This document shows positions 25,701-39,030 of a stretch of 64,000 bases of DNA, one piece after another (within the stretch, counting starts at the first letter, position 1; the number at the start of each line of letters is the position of its first letter). A program made the position numbers and the translations under genes. The DNA is from Schmidtea nova (lineage: Eukaryota), in assembly GCA_044892505.1 (NCBI GenBank), contig CM097883.1, positions 153,698,001-153,762,000 on the forward strand, in the 5' to 3' direction. Below the pieces are notes generated by a model. It saw only the letters and a program-made list of their open reading frames with translations, made no database searches and was not told the DNA's origin.

Positions 25701-26289
25701 CATTTTTTTGTCAATAGTAAAACAACGATTACTCAATTTGTAGATAAACTATATTTAATTATATATATATATATGACGAAGGAACTAGAAATATCATTAT
25801 TTGTAAGATCAAAATAGTATATAACATTTTTTCAGGGCAAAATATCTATGAAAGCCAAATGAAAAACATTGAAGTGTACGGACATAAAACATCAGTCGTA
25901 TCTGGATTGTTATAATATCAACAAAATGTTTATAGTACCAAAATGTTGAATTCATTCTCAAAATCATCGATTATTTAGTCTCTAGCAGTCAAGTTACTTT
26001 AACAAATGCTGATGAAAAACTAAATTCGATTGAAAAGAATAAAAGTAACGTATATGGTTACTACGGCGATGAAAAGATGAAAACAATCTAAGAAGATAAA
26101 TTATGATAAAATTTGTTTTGGTAATAAATTTTACCATAAAATGCTTTTGTTATATTTTAGGTTTTAATGAAATTTTATAATATTTTTAGTAATCTATATA
26201 CAATTGAATATTGTTTATAGATATTTTGTATATCTTTATTTATAATCAATTTATAAACATATTTTGAGTAATATATAAACAAAAAGAAA

Positions 26290-26340
26290 CTAGTCTGCTA
26301 TTGGGGATTTGCACTGGGCATCACAAAAAATCACAAGCTT
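26290..26340 (-). mobile_element. Helitron-like 3' terminus (copy 2)
   Basis: Reverse complement reads gtgatgcccagtgcaaatccccaatagcagaCTAG-t, matching 14099-14134. Confidence 0.4.
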
Positions 26341-26405
26341 TTTTTGTTTAAAAAAGAAACATATAGTTAGTAATAAATTAATAATTACTTAAAGCAATAT
26401 GCCAA

Positions 26406-26408
26406 ATA

Positions 26409-26468
<60 letters not shown>
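26406..26468. repeat. (AT)n microsatellite
   Basis: Direct reading. Other (AT)n tracts at ~33866-33908, ~50369-50445 and ~52023-52093; (CA)n at ~34668-34690. Confidence 0.95.
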
Positions 26469-26471
<3 letters not shown>

Positions 26472-27900
26472 AAAATCTTACTATACTATTTTCAAAATTC
26501 TCGCCAAGCAATTAAAAATAGAAGTTATTTTGAAATCCGCGCCAAATTTTATTTAAACCAAATAATTCTAAACTAATTTCTTTGAACACACTAAATTTTT
26601 CGTCGAAATTTGTTAACACACACTTAAAATTCAAGCTAATGTTCGTTTACACACGCTATATTCCCGTGAAAGATCATGTACGCACATCTAATTCCCGCCA
26701 AAATTGGTTTACACACAACAAATTACCGCTAAATCTAGTTGACACCCACTATAATCATTTGATCTTAAATTAAAAGAAGGGATGGGAACGGTAAGTGGTA
26801 CAGGCGTGACCCAATACACTACTAATATGAGCCAACAAAAACCAAACAGTCTTGGAATAATTTTTTCGAAAATAAAATTGCCAATGAAATAAATATTGAC
26901 AATGTGCAACTAAAAGTTTTAACAATGAAAGGTAGAAAAGCAACATTTTCAAAATGAATATGTATATGTAATAACCACTATGACTATTAAAGTCTTAGTA
27001 TAAGAATTTTGTATTATTATTTGGATAAATAAATATTAATAATTTATAATTTTTTGAAATCAAAGGTGGCAATATGAAATTTTTTTACTCTGTTTATTTT
27101 CTTAGCACCGGACTTGACGCTCCCCATTTCTAAGTAATTTTTATATTATTTATTAATATTATTTTATCATAATTATATCATTAAATAAATTTATTTAAAT
27201 TGTATATAAAAATCAGTGATATTTGTGTTTTGCAACTTCATAATTTCTAATATATTATTTTTTACACAATCTTTCTCAATTTAATGCGGCTCCAAAAACC
27301 ATTAAAACATTAGCAACATTTAAAAATAAAAAATAATTTCAAAAAGAGTGCAAGAAATAAAAGTGGTATGTAAGTTATCATTTGCAATAGACTTACTGTT
27401 ATTAATTTATGAAGTCATAAGAATTTATTCCTAATCAAGATTTATTTGAATACAGAAATTATTAAAAATTTGAAAACAGGAATTATTTTTTCACAAATTA
27501 TCATTGACACTAATTTTAAACTAATGCCACACTTATGCAATAATGCTGGCACAGTGCTTCCTGGTTGAGAACTAACGTATATATGAGCCTCAGTACCAAA
27601 CTGCTATTAATTATCTCTACTGAACCGTTCACGACAACCATTTTAAGCCTTACTTTCATCCTTTACTTTTTTGAATTACACTAAAGATTATTTGCATTTC
27701 ACTTTAATTCATCATCTTTCAAAATTTTTCGCTTCTTTTTAACTTTATGTTTTTGCTTCGACTTCTCACATCTTATTTTTGAATGAATTCAGAAATGGAT
27801 CCACCTTTATTTAACTATCTAAATTATGGGATTTTCAGGTTTTGATTTCATCAATTTGCACCTTTAATAACCATTAGTTTTGATTTGTTGGATTCAATTA

Positions 27901-29435
27901 CAGGGCTATTCAAAACCATATATTCATTTATTCAAAACCATATATTCATTTATTCAAAACCATATATTCATTTATTCAAAACCATATATTCATTTATTCA
28001 AAATCATATATTCATTTATTCAAAACTATATATTCATTTATTCAAAACTATATATTCATTTATTCAAAAATAATATATTAATTGTTTAAAAGTATGTGGA
28101 AATATGTGATATAAATTAAACTATTACGTTGGGATATACTTAATTGGTTTTCGATAATGTTAAATATTAAAACACAAAAGACGCTCATGGTCAGAAAGAG
28201 TCGCAAAATGCTAACAGTTGGAATGGCGGAAACAATTATCAGGATGTCGCAAAATGATAACCTAAAAATAAAAGATATTGCAACCAGCCTGGACTTCAAC
28301 AGACAGACGATTCGCAAAGTTATATCGGATCATAGGAATGGGATTGCATTTGTTGAGGCAAGTACTAAATTTAACGAGTATTTTGCGGCGAAATCGAATT
28401 TTTAATGAAAGCGAGCAAGCGCTTTTCAACTTGGTGGCTTTAAATAACAGTTTGATTCAAGATGAGATGGAAACGATGGTATCAGAGCAAACTGGAGCAG
28501 TCATTTCACAGCCAGCAATATGCCAGCAATATGCCATAAACTGAAAAAACTAAACATTAGCAGGAAACGACTTTCGCTGATTCCAAATGAGAGGAATTCG
28601 ATACCGAATATTGAAAGGCGTGCACTTTATTGCGCGGAAATTGTGAGAATACCGCGGGAAAATTTAATATTTCTGGACGAGTCGGGTTTCAATCAACACC
28701 TCAGGCGCGCTTATGGATATTCGAAGGTCAAAACTCCCGCATTTTTAATCCGTTCCGGGGAACAGAGGTGTAAATAGGAGTTGCATGTGTGCCATAGGCA
28801 TCCAGGGGTTGATAGCATCAGAAGTTTTGGTAGGCGCTTATAACTCACACCTGTTTATTGACTTTATTCGACTAAAACTGGTTCCTTATTTTAGAATACA
28901 TAAAAACAGTGTTCTAATTATGGACAACGTCAATATGCACCGAACAAGGGAGGTTGCCGAAGCTTTGAGAACAAATAATATTGCATTCAAATTTCTTCCG
29001 CCATATTCACCGATGCTAAATCCGATTGAAGAGTTCTTCTCGGTACTTAAATCGATATTTGCAGCGTATAGGATTGAATTCCCACAAAAAACTCTTGAAG
29101 AAGCTTTTGAAGACGTGCTGGCAGAGACTTTGAAAACCAATGTCCTGAATTTTTCAGAGATATGGAACGTTGGATTGAGCTTGGTCTAGCGAGACAACCA
29201 TTCTACACTTAAATGTTAGGTTCATCATGTATTTATACTCATTATATATGTTTAATTTTATAAAAGTTAACAAAAGAATGAAATTTATATATTGTCTTAA
29301 AAATTTGGTGTTTAACGTGATGTATATATAATTTTTGAATAAATGAATATATAGTTTTGAATAAATGAATATATAGTTTTGAATAAATGAATATATGGTT
29401 TTGAATAAATGAATATATGGTTTTGAATAACTCTG
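27901..29435 (+). mobile_element. Tc1/IS630-like DD34E transposon with TIRs made of 22-bp tandem arrays
   Basis: TA-CAGGGCTATTCAAAA ... TTTTGAATAACTCTG-TA. Catalytic motifs LIFLDESGF, VLIMDNVNMH and FLPPYSPMLNPIEE, with 34 residues between the second D and E. N-terminal HTH in 28157-28405. Split over four ORFs by stops and frameshifts. Confidence 0.93.
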
Positions 29436-32432
29436 TAAATCAGATAATTATCGTTAATGTCAGATTGCTCGTGTTCAAACAAATCAATAACTAATAACAC
29501 TCCCAATGTATATTTGTTTTAAATTGACACAATCTTTTTGCAATTCACAGCAATAATACAGCGTTCTAATTATTCGATCGAGTTCCGCCATGGAATATCT
29601 TGATCTCGTGCGCTTTATAACAATAATCACCTTGTATATTTAATCCTCTGGATTAAACTTTTTTTCTTTAATAATTTCGTTTTTTCTTGATTCAGCTTCT
29701 TCTAAATTTCTTTACTCTTTTTCTTTGGTTTTGTTAATTGATCGTTTTGTTAATAGCTTTGTTTTCCTATTTCTTCTAACTATGCTAACTTTAATCTAAT
29801 CTCGTTTTCTTCTCTCTAACTGAGACAAAATACCAATTGTTTTCGATTTTGAGTTACCTTATATACTAGAATAATTATTTTGATTAATTAGGTTTTTGGT
29901 CAGATTGCCTCTGTCTGACAATGCTTTGACAATCAGTTTTCTTGAATCTCGTTTGAGAACTAATAATGATTATCTTCTTCTGTTATCCTTTCGTAAAAAC
30001 CGACTTTGTTTATTCCCATTACTCATGCTGTCGAGATAATGGCCTTCCAAAGTCCACTCTGTTTACTCTCCTTGTTTGCTGAGTTCGAGTTTCTTCATCG
30101 CTCGGGTTCTCAATTGGCTCGGGTTTCCCATTAGCTCGGGTTTTCCATTATCCAATTAATTAAATAATTGACAATTTTCTGTTTTTATGCATTTGCATGC
30201 TTTTCGACTCATTTTAAACATTTTCTAAACGATTTCTAATCAACATGTTCTTTGCCATTAGCTAATCTATATCTGTCCCGTTTTCCACATTCAATTTCGA
30301 TAAATTAACCATATATTCATTTTTTTCTCAAATTTGAACATTTTGCATTTCGAATCTCACTGTACCCTTTCCTAACTCTGTTTCCATTATAATTTCCTTC
30401 GCCAACAGTCTGTGCTTATCAAAAATTTCTATCTATCTGTTTCCTTTTTATTTCCATTTCATTTTCATTAAATATTTTATTTAATATAATTTTAGTTTAG
30501 AGACCTCAACAGATTCTATTCTAATATTTTGTTTACTCACAATATTTTCTACAAAAATATTGCGTTTTAGAACCTAAAAGACGATCCCAAAACGATTACA
30601 TCTTGATTCATATGGAAAGACTTCTAAATACATATGAATAACTGGGCTGCAAATAATGACACATAAAAGACCGATTATGGCCTAAGTCACGGGACTGTCG
30701 ATAACAACCGCCGGATAAGTTCCTTTTAAGGGAACATGATTTTAAAATAAATTTAAGAGCATAAATTTATGAGCTTGATAAAATCTCTACAAAAAAGAAT
30801 GAAGTAAAACATATAATTACATATAAAATTAATATTACACAAATATCAACAAACACTTTAGATACTAAATTTATAAAATTTTCAAATAGCATTTTACTAA
30901 TAATGTAAAGTTGGATGTCAATTCACTTATTTTTAACTGATTTAAAGCGTTGTATTTATACTAATTTTGTGGTGTCCACTAACGCATCTCGTCCGCATTT
31001 ATATCGATATGTGCATGAAATTCTCTCACAGACTTAAAAGTTATCGTGTCAAAAGTTTTTCGAATATTAAACTAACATGGTACATATACTCAATAGTATT
31101 TGATAACCATGATCGAGTCATTTCAAAAATATCGAATCTGAAAGTATTTATTGCTTACTTAACTATTGTTTTCAATGGTGTTTCATGGTGAAACTGAGGG
31201 GAGGACATAGAAATTGTGTATCTTATTATTTTCTTATTAAAAATATAACAAAGGTTGAGTGAGATCCTCTCCGTCTGATAATTTAAACATATATTTTGCA
31301 AGCTAGTCATCATTTGGTAACCACTAATTTTTAATTTTATTTCTATTAAAAATTTAAGTAAAGTATTATAGTATTATTACGTTTTCTAATGCATTTGTTG
31401 AGTTTTTTTAAGTCGGAACAAATTTCAGATTCCTCGTGCACCTATGTATAATCAATTAAATTCGCCCAACACAATAACTTTTATTTGACTTTTATCTACA
31501 TTTGTCAATAACACATTTTAATTTTTCTACAGTTTTGTTCCATTAGGGTTAAGTCTTCCAACTAAAGATTCATCTTTTGAAAAGCAATAATTGATTTGAT
31601 GCAGGTGATATTCTCTGTTTTGATATTTTCTACTCTTACTCACTTTTTTGAATCACACTGAAAATTTATCTTCAACCAACAGACAGATTGAAAATTTTGG
31701 GATCATTTATATAAAGTTTTCTCAAACAACAAAATAATCAAATTATGTATTTTCAAGAATTTTCCTGTTAAAATAATAGAATAATCAGGCTCTTTCAGAT
31801 ATTGTTTTGCCCCGCAAAATTGTGTCGATCACACAGATCGTCAGTTTTTCCTACAAATTTACTTTAATAATTGTTATCCATTGTCTCTGGCTTCCCATTA
31901 TCTCGGGTTTCCCATTAACCGATTAAGATGAATTACTATTTTAATTAATTTGTACTTTCTTAATACTTTCTTTCTTGATATTATATTGTTATATCTGCCC
32001 TAGCCTCATCATTTGGAATCTGTTCATACCCATTTCTCCCCGGAAACGTTAATTTTTAATTAATTTTTAATACTTTATTTGTTAGTTGTTGAATTTTTAC
32101 CAATTTTTTTATCGATCCACACACATTTGTTTGTGTATTTCACTTTATTTTTGTAACAATCTAGACTACTCCAACACATTGGTATGAGCGAGGCTTAATA
32201 GTTAATTATTAAAATTATGATCGGAACAGATCTACCTGATCCTACTTTGGTGTTCGTACGTTAGTATAGCAAACAAAACTCTTTATATCTTACATAAGTG
32301 GACAAAAAAAATCAAGCAGATATTTTATCTCTTTCTTTTCTTTGTGAGATTTTATTTTGCATCTACAAAATTAAAAAAAAAATAATAAAATTCTTTTTGT
32401 GTTACCCTGTTATCCTCAATAATTTGACTCAG

Positions 32433-32663
32433 AACGTATTTATTTATCAAAAATTTTCTTGCCTCAAATTTATACTTCTGACGTCATAATTCATGAAAAC
32501 AAAAATTACAAAGTCATTTCATTAAAACAAAATTTAAAATTTAAAATTATTAGAATGATTTATCGAAACCGTCCATTAACTTACTCAAATATGACGAATT
32601 TAATACAATTTAATTCACTTGAATATGAAAGCGGAATCACTTTTCAAGATTCCATGTCACTTG
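32433..32663 (+). CDS. Classical cadherin exon: degenerate cadherin repeat
   Basis: AG at 32431-32432, open frame LPQIYTSDVIIHEN...FNSLEYESGITFQDSMSL, GT at 32664, phase 1 to 1. The boundaries are my best fit. Confidence 0.55.
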
Positions 32664-32882
32664 GTTAATTATGATAATTAGTAGATTCTCTACACGTCTT
32701 TCTACGGCCATCGTGAGTAAACTGAAACGAAATTATTGTTCACATAAACAACAAACGGCACATTAGAATATTTCAATAAATAACAATCAATCAACTCATT
32801 AATAGATATTTTAGAAATATTTATTAATTACAAAATATGAATGGAAAAAATATTTATTTTCTACTAATTTGCTTAAATCTAG

Positions 32883-32930
32883 AATTCAGATCCGATAATG
32901 GCAAAGAGATTTATATCAGCATAAATTTAG
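32883..32930 (+). CDS. Classical cadherin small exon
   Basis: AG...GTAAG, phase 1 to 1, (E)FRSDNGKEIYISINL(D). Confidence 0.6.
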
Positions 32931-33118
32931 GTAAGTTGTCGTTTTTAATTAAAATTATTTAATTAAAATATTCAATTTTTGTTTGTTTTTCTTAACTCCA
33001 AAAGCTTTCCCTATCTAGTTCTAAGACTTTTGAATAAAAATATTTATTATAATTTTTCTAATTAATTTTTAAGTAAATAAGTTAGTATGTCAGTTTTTAT
33101 TTATTTATTTATTTTTAG

Positions 33119-33191
33119 ATTATTTTCCAGCCGAAAAGTCTTTAACAGATTGCGATAGTTCAGTTAAATTTGTCAACTGTACAATTTTAAA
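33119..33191 (+). CDS. Classical cadherin exon
   Basis: tttttAG...GTAAGT. Only one open frame (DYFPAEKSLTDCDSSVKFVNCTIL), phase 1 to 2, compatible with both neighbours. Confidence 0.65.
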
Positions 33192-33651
33192 GTAAGTTAA
33201 AATAATATTTTTTTCATAATAAAGTTCAACTGGAAAAGGAGAAAACTAAAATTGCGTAACAGCAAATTGTTTTAATTTCAAAGGGATTTTTAAAATCAAA
33301 ATCCTGTTTGCTTATGCGCTCATACTAAATCCCTAAGGCAATATTTGATGCATAATTAAAAAAATATTTTTAAAAAATTAAAATATAATTCTTCGCAATA
33401 AACATAATTTCGTTTGTTTACAAATGGAATAAAATTAGCATAAATGGAACTTATTTGTTATTTTCCTAGCGGTTGGGTAATTTCACTGTAAAAGGTAACT
33501 GAATAAAGTGTTGTTTGCTTTTTAAATTAAAAATATATGAATCATAATTAAATATATTTTATGTTTTAAATAAAATTGTTAAGTTTAAAATTATATTGCT
33601 CATAAATGTTATTAGTTAGTTAGTTGGTATTAATTGACTGGTTGGCTAGCA

Positions 33652-33862
33652 CAGTGCTTCGCAAACCATTTCAAGCCTCGGACCCCTAGGTCTGAACAAA
33701 TAATTCTCGGGCTCCTGGAAAATATTCCTTACTTAATAAAAACTTAATTTAACCTTATTCATGTCGGGTATCAGAGTAGTGGGTCACGAGAACGCAGACA
33801 TATTAACAGGCTAATTGTAGAGCGGGGACTGACCCATCTCTCTCGGCACCGTCGCCATTCAG

Positions 33863-33910
<48 letters not shown>

Positions 33911-34042
33911 TTGTCCATGTACTTGAAACCACCATTGGAACATACGCCAAAGCTGTACCATGTAGACCAAAGAATATTTCGAACTTGTAAAATAACGGGC
34001 ACCCGGAGGGAAATCCTATAGACCCCGGTTTGGGAAGTTTTG
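33652..34042. mobile_element. Degenerate hAT MITE containing an (AT)n tract
   Basis: CAGTGCTTCGCAAACC ... GGTTTGGGAAGTTTTG; TSD degraded. Confidence 0.5.
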
Positions 34043-34666
34043 GACTGATACTTATTTAGTGGTTTATTAGCATGTAGAGTTAGGAAGTGATTTTGATTGT
34101 TTTTTAACTTAAAGGTGTTAAAATTACCACTTTCATCATTGTACCAAATTAATCTAAATAATTCATTAATACAATTAAGGTTAGCAAAACATCCTCAACA
34201 AAAGTAAACTAAAAACTTTTTATTTTCGAATACCTAAAATTTGGACCTCTACATTAAATTTGTTGTTTAGACTATGCTACTAGTTGATCGTACGGTGATA
34301 CGAATATATAAATATTTAATGAGACAAGTTGAATCAAGAATTGTTTATTTGTTTAACTCGATTTTATTATGAAATTTTAACTCATAAATACGTCTTGCCA
34401 ATATTCAAAATGTATTACTTTTACTTTTTATGATTACTCTGAAATTTAATAAAAATATACTGAAGTATTAAAAATTATTGAAAAATAATATGATTAAAAG
34501 AAATTAAATATATTAAAAATATTAATTAAATAAAGTTATTTAAATTAAAATAAATTAAAACAAAGTATGGGTTAATTAACAGTCAGTAAACCATTTTAAT
34601 TATTTTAAGCAAACATGAGCACATCTTTCAAATTATTTCACAAAGATTTATTTAACTAACTCTTTT

Positions 34667-34698
<32 letters not shown>

Positions 34699-35037
34699 AA
34701 TTATTTCATCTTTCATTTAACTATTTTAACTTATTTAATTTAATTTAATTTGATTAATTTTAATAATTTTAATAACTTTAATTGAACTATTAATATTTGT
34801 TTTAATTTATTATTAAAAAAATTATATTTTAATGAGTCAAAAAATTTTATATTATTTCTTAAATTTATTACTTTGAGCGAATTAAAATACAGTTCTAAAT
34901 TTAAAACAAATTCCAAATATGTTTGAAATAGGCGTGCACATTCGTAACCAGCAAAGATGTTAAGTGCAACTCTTTCATTCTTTTAAAAATTCTTTCGAAG
35001 ACAATAAAAAAATTTTACAATAAATTTTTTTTGTGAG

Positions 35038-35473
35038 CAAGGCCAGATTTAGCTGGAAGCGGTGGATGCAAAGCATCAAGGTGCCTCTTGTAAAGGGCAC
35101 TTAAAAAAAGAATTGTAGTCTTTTTTTAATTTAAAAAAAACTTTTTTTCAATTGTTTTCTTAAATTGTTTTAATAGTTCTAATTGAATTTTTTTAGAATA
35201 ATTGTTTTGTCGGTTTTAATACAAAATGTTATTCATTGTATGTTATGTTACAGAATAATATTGTTTCAAAAATATAAAAATAAATAAACAAAATAAAACC
35301 TATATTTCAGTTGAAAAAGAATTATTAATTTTTTAATTTGTTTTTATTACAAATATAACATTATTAATTGAATTACGTTAAGTCCACAAAAAACCAATAA
35401 AATAATATTTCTAAAAATGAGCATCTAAAATGAGTTTCGCATCAGGGTGCTACTAATGCTAGAGCTGCCTCTG
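35038..35473. mobile_element. hAT MITE
   Basis: Ends CAAGGCCAGATTTAG / CTAGAGCTGCCTCTG; TSD 7/8 (tttgtgag/ttcgtgag). Confidence 0.75.
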
Positions 35474-35847
35474 TTCGTGAGGTTTTTATAATTATTAATT
35501 ATATTTCTAATAATTATTTAGTTTTTTATCACTATTTACGCCACAAACATTTATTCTATTTTTTATTATTGCAACGAATTAGGTAAACTTAAAGTTATAA
35601 AAACATCAAAATGACCCACCATGAAATAAGGCTTACTATCATAGTTTTATGGTATTTCTAATAAATATTTATTATGCAATTATAATTAATTAATATTTTT
35701 AAAATAAAATTTATCAAAAAACTTCCATTTGCCATATTTTTTATTTAGAATAAATTTTTAAGACGTTTAAATGCAATGTGTTCTAACATATAAAGTTATA
35801 TATTTCTAAATATTATATCATTAAACTATAGCTAAATTCTTTTTCAG

Positions 35848-35987
35848 TTGCGTCAGAGGTTTTTTAATTTTAACTACCGGCAAAACTTTACAAAGTACCT
35901 TTTGCCTTACAAATTCAAATGTGACGTTCTTTATTTTCACTTATTACACCAACATCACAAATTCTATCATAACGATCGGAAACAACG
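35848..35987 (+). CDS. Classical cadherin exon (NCCD region)
   Basis: ttttcAG...GTAAAT, phase 2 to 1, open frame CVRGFLILTTGKTLQSTFCLTNSNVTFFIFTYYTNITNSIITIGNN. Confidence 0.6.
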
Positions 35988-36290
35988 GTAAATATTTTTT
36001 ATATATTTCGAAATTTTTATATTATGTTTAATATTTGATAATTTTATTATTTTATTATTATTATATTTCATTATATTTATTTTCAATTCTTTCATACCAA
36101 AGATCAAAAACTTTTTGTTTTTTATTCAACACAAAATTTCGGCACTACCTTTTACGATTGTAACAAATTTCATCACTAATTATCTCAATTATGTCCATAT
36201 TTAATTTAACTCATTAATTTATTGTAAATGAGTAAAAAGAAAGAAAATTATAGTGAAAAATTATCAAAGATTTGGAAGTAAAATATTTAG

Positions 36291-36900
36291 AGAAAATGAT
36301 ACAGATGCAATATGAACTTATTTTGCATTTAGAAGAGTAATCAAAAATCAAAGTAAAGTGAGTAATCAAAATTTTTTTGAGATATTGAAATTATAACCAG
36401 TAGTCAGTTGATCGTGAATTTGAGTTTTGTTGATTAATGTTTTTCATTTCGTAATGTTGTAATAATAACTGAAGCTTAAATATGTCTAACCACTATGTAG
36501 TGCCTCTACTTTATGCATATTTATAATAAACTAAATATACTAAATTATAATAGATAAAAAATGTCATTGGTTTAAAAGAGTTGGAAAGAAAAAAATTTAC
36601 GCTCGAATAAATGGAATCAGTGAAAAGAAAATGCATGCTCGAAAAAAATGAAAACTATTTCTTAAATAATAAAACGTTGTGATTCTTAATTACCGTGTAC
36701 TTAGGTGTCACGATACAATATGAGTATTAATAAGCAATGAAGCAAATAGCCGACTGTAATTATGCTGATCACTCAATTAATATTTTTTTAAATTCGACGA
36801 TGTTGATAATCAAAACACGTTTGAAATAAGATCAATTTCTTATTTCACTGACAAACAGAGAAAAATTAAGGAATTTATTAGTGGTGGATTACCTATGGGT
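36291..36900 (+). CDS. Candidate cadherin NCCD exons; 36291-36336 is open, downstream pieces carry stops or a frameshift
   Basis: EKMIQMQYELILHLE, then SQLIVNLSFVD*CFSFRNVVIITEA* (36401 onward) and MKQIADCNYADHSINIF/FKFDDVDNQNTFEIRSISYF (shift at a T7 run, 36783-36789). Weak by-eye similarity to the DN-cadherin NCCD. Confidence 0.35.
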
Positions 36901-38819
36901 GTTCGAGCTTCGTTTCTATAGTGATCAGCAGTCATCATATAGGATTCCTATTGTTCCGATATAGCCACAAGTGTGTGACTGACACGCTTATATTGACATT
37001 GTATACCCTCGACTAGTAGACTATGTAAGAGGTGAGCACATTTATCGTACTTCGCTTCTGTATCCTACTTATCACCTAAATGAACCGATAAAAGATACGA
37101 TGAGATCACCTGAAAAACCTTTATTATTTTTCCTTTCTAGAAACTATGCAGAATACTATATTAGTTTATAGGTGCTGAGTCTTGTTTCCTATGCACTTTA
37201 TGATTTTTTTTGGTTTAAAAACAATTTTGAGCTTTTCCATTAAATAATTAAATAGTAACTAAATTATTAAAATATGTAATTAAATAGAATTTTACACATT
37301 CTATTTAATTACATAACAATTAGTGAGCAACTAAGAAGTTAGGTTAACATAAAATTTAAATTATTAAGACCTCGTCTTTCATTGGAAATTAGCATGTTGG
37401 CTTCTTGCTATCTCTTCCAGCTAAGGCATGATTTTTTGTGAGGTAGTTTGATCCTCTGACCATTTGAGTTCATTATCCTATATTGCATTTTACTGTTGGT
37501 ACCTGTTTTAGCTGCTTCCTTCATCTGTAAAATCTTGCTGATAGGCCAAATAAATTTAGCAACCTCCTGACTTGAGAATTCCTTTATCTCCGCACATTTT
37601 ATGTTACGTATTACTGTCTTTAGAGCCTTATTTTCTTCATGTTACTCACACTTGGTTCTCTCGAGCCGCCGGAGACGTTGTTGAAATTGATGGACCTATT
37701 GATAAGAGAACCATTAAGGCGGTCACTTTAGCAAGTTAGTCATAATCGTTTTGTAACATCGTAATTTTGGTAGTAATATGCGAGGTTTCTTTCCGATGCT
37801 TTCATACCTAAACCAAAGGCTTATATTTTGTGTCATAATTTCCATACATTTAGATGTCATCAGATCTTTCCTCAGTTCATATAATACTAGTTAAACCTAT
37901 TGAGTCACTGTTGTAATGTACAGTAAAACAGAGTTTAGTCAAGTGAAATTATGTTAAACTGCAATTTTGACCAAATATGCAGCATGAACTAGCAAGACAA
38001 CTATTAATGCTTTGGCTGGAGTTTTATGGGAGTCATGATGGGTTCAATTTTCTCTCTTACGAACCAGTCTAGGTGATTTGTAAGGTTCACCTAATTGGAA
38101 GGGGTTCCCAGGGGTTCCGTAATATATTCCACAATAAGCATTCTTGGCACCCGATCCCAAAATTGGATCCGTTGTAATCTGCTCGGATCCAACTCTTGAG
38201 GATACTGATATTGTAGGTTCCTCTTCTTTGCTTCGGAGATAATCATTACATCCTATTTCTTTGGAAACTCACTTAAAGCCGTTGAAGTTCTCATCTTTGC
38301 TTTCTGGAGTTCACAGCATCGAAGTTATTAATAATAAGATAAATTTTGAGTAAAACCCTTGCATATTTTTAAATACTTTAGGTATCGATCTCAATAGCGG
38401 TTCTCATTGTCATATGACCAATTGGTGTCGCATATCCAGTTCCTACTGGCCATTTGTGTTATAATTTAACGCTATATGGCGAGTTATTTTTTCTGATTTT
38501 GAATGAATGTTATCGCACGTATGCAAGTATTCTTACATCGTTATGTTTTCTTTGTGTTGGCACTTCAGCTACAATATACTGTATTTTAAAAGCTGACTTT
38601 AACTTAAAGTCATCTCCAAATTTAATCCCAAGAACGGTTTAGGAAGCGGCGGTCGACTGGAGTCGGAGTCCAGTTTACTTCATAAGAATCTCGAAAGGAG
38701 GAAATGAAGTCTATACACCCAAGTTTTCTCTTTTTTTTTGAGTATTAAAATTCTGAGGGATTGAACAAAATTTAATAAATAATCAAATAACCTTTACGAA
38801 AACATAATCTTTAAAAAAA

Positions 38820-39030
38820 ATTCTTGCGGATAAACCTTCGGCCGTTCTCTCACATCTACGTGAATTTGAAGCTAGACTTCTATATCTCGTTGACATATTG
38901 GAGTTTGACAGTTCAGGAGAATTCAATCCAAACTCAGGAGCCAGAACTCACTTCCTGAATCGCAACAAGCTGGGATACCACATTAATTTAGCGACTTGGA
39001 AGGTCAAGAAATTAAACACAAAAAATTCAT
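38820..39030 (+). mobile_element. Possible non-LTR retrotransposon endonuclease start (remnant)
   Basis: Open frame ending ARTHFLNRNKLGYHINLATWKVKKLN, resembling the APE motif xATWNVxxL. Confidence 0.35.

Noticed and set aside
27106-27133. Micro-exon with a cadherin-like GLDAPHF motif; also a candidate exon at ~31031-31144
   Set aside because: The motif frame ends in TAA before the donor, and neither piece could be linked by phase with confidence.
27907-28080. 22-bp repeat array as a CRISPR array or coding repeat (ORFs 27880-28089, 27885-28073, 29312-29506)
   Set aside because: Units are contiguous with no unique spacers, there are no cas genes, and the array is mirrored at the other end of a Tc1-like element. 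The ORFs are by-products of a stop-free repeat.
33760-33870. tRNA or tRNA-derived SINE on the minus strand (A-box-like TAGCTGAATGG)
   Set aside because: No B box or cloverleaf, and the match partly borrows bases from the adjacent (AT)n tract.
37370-38330. Degraded retroelement-like blocks (also 7200-8100, 29500-32100, 41500-43500, 54280-54700)
   Set aside because: They are probably old LTR, LINE or PLE debris, but the motifs are too eroded to support a family call.
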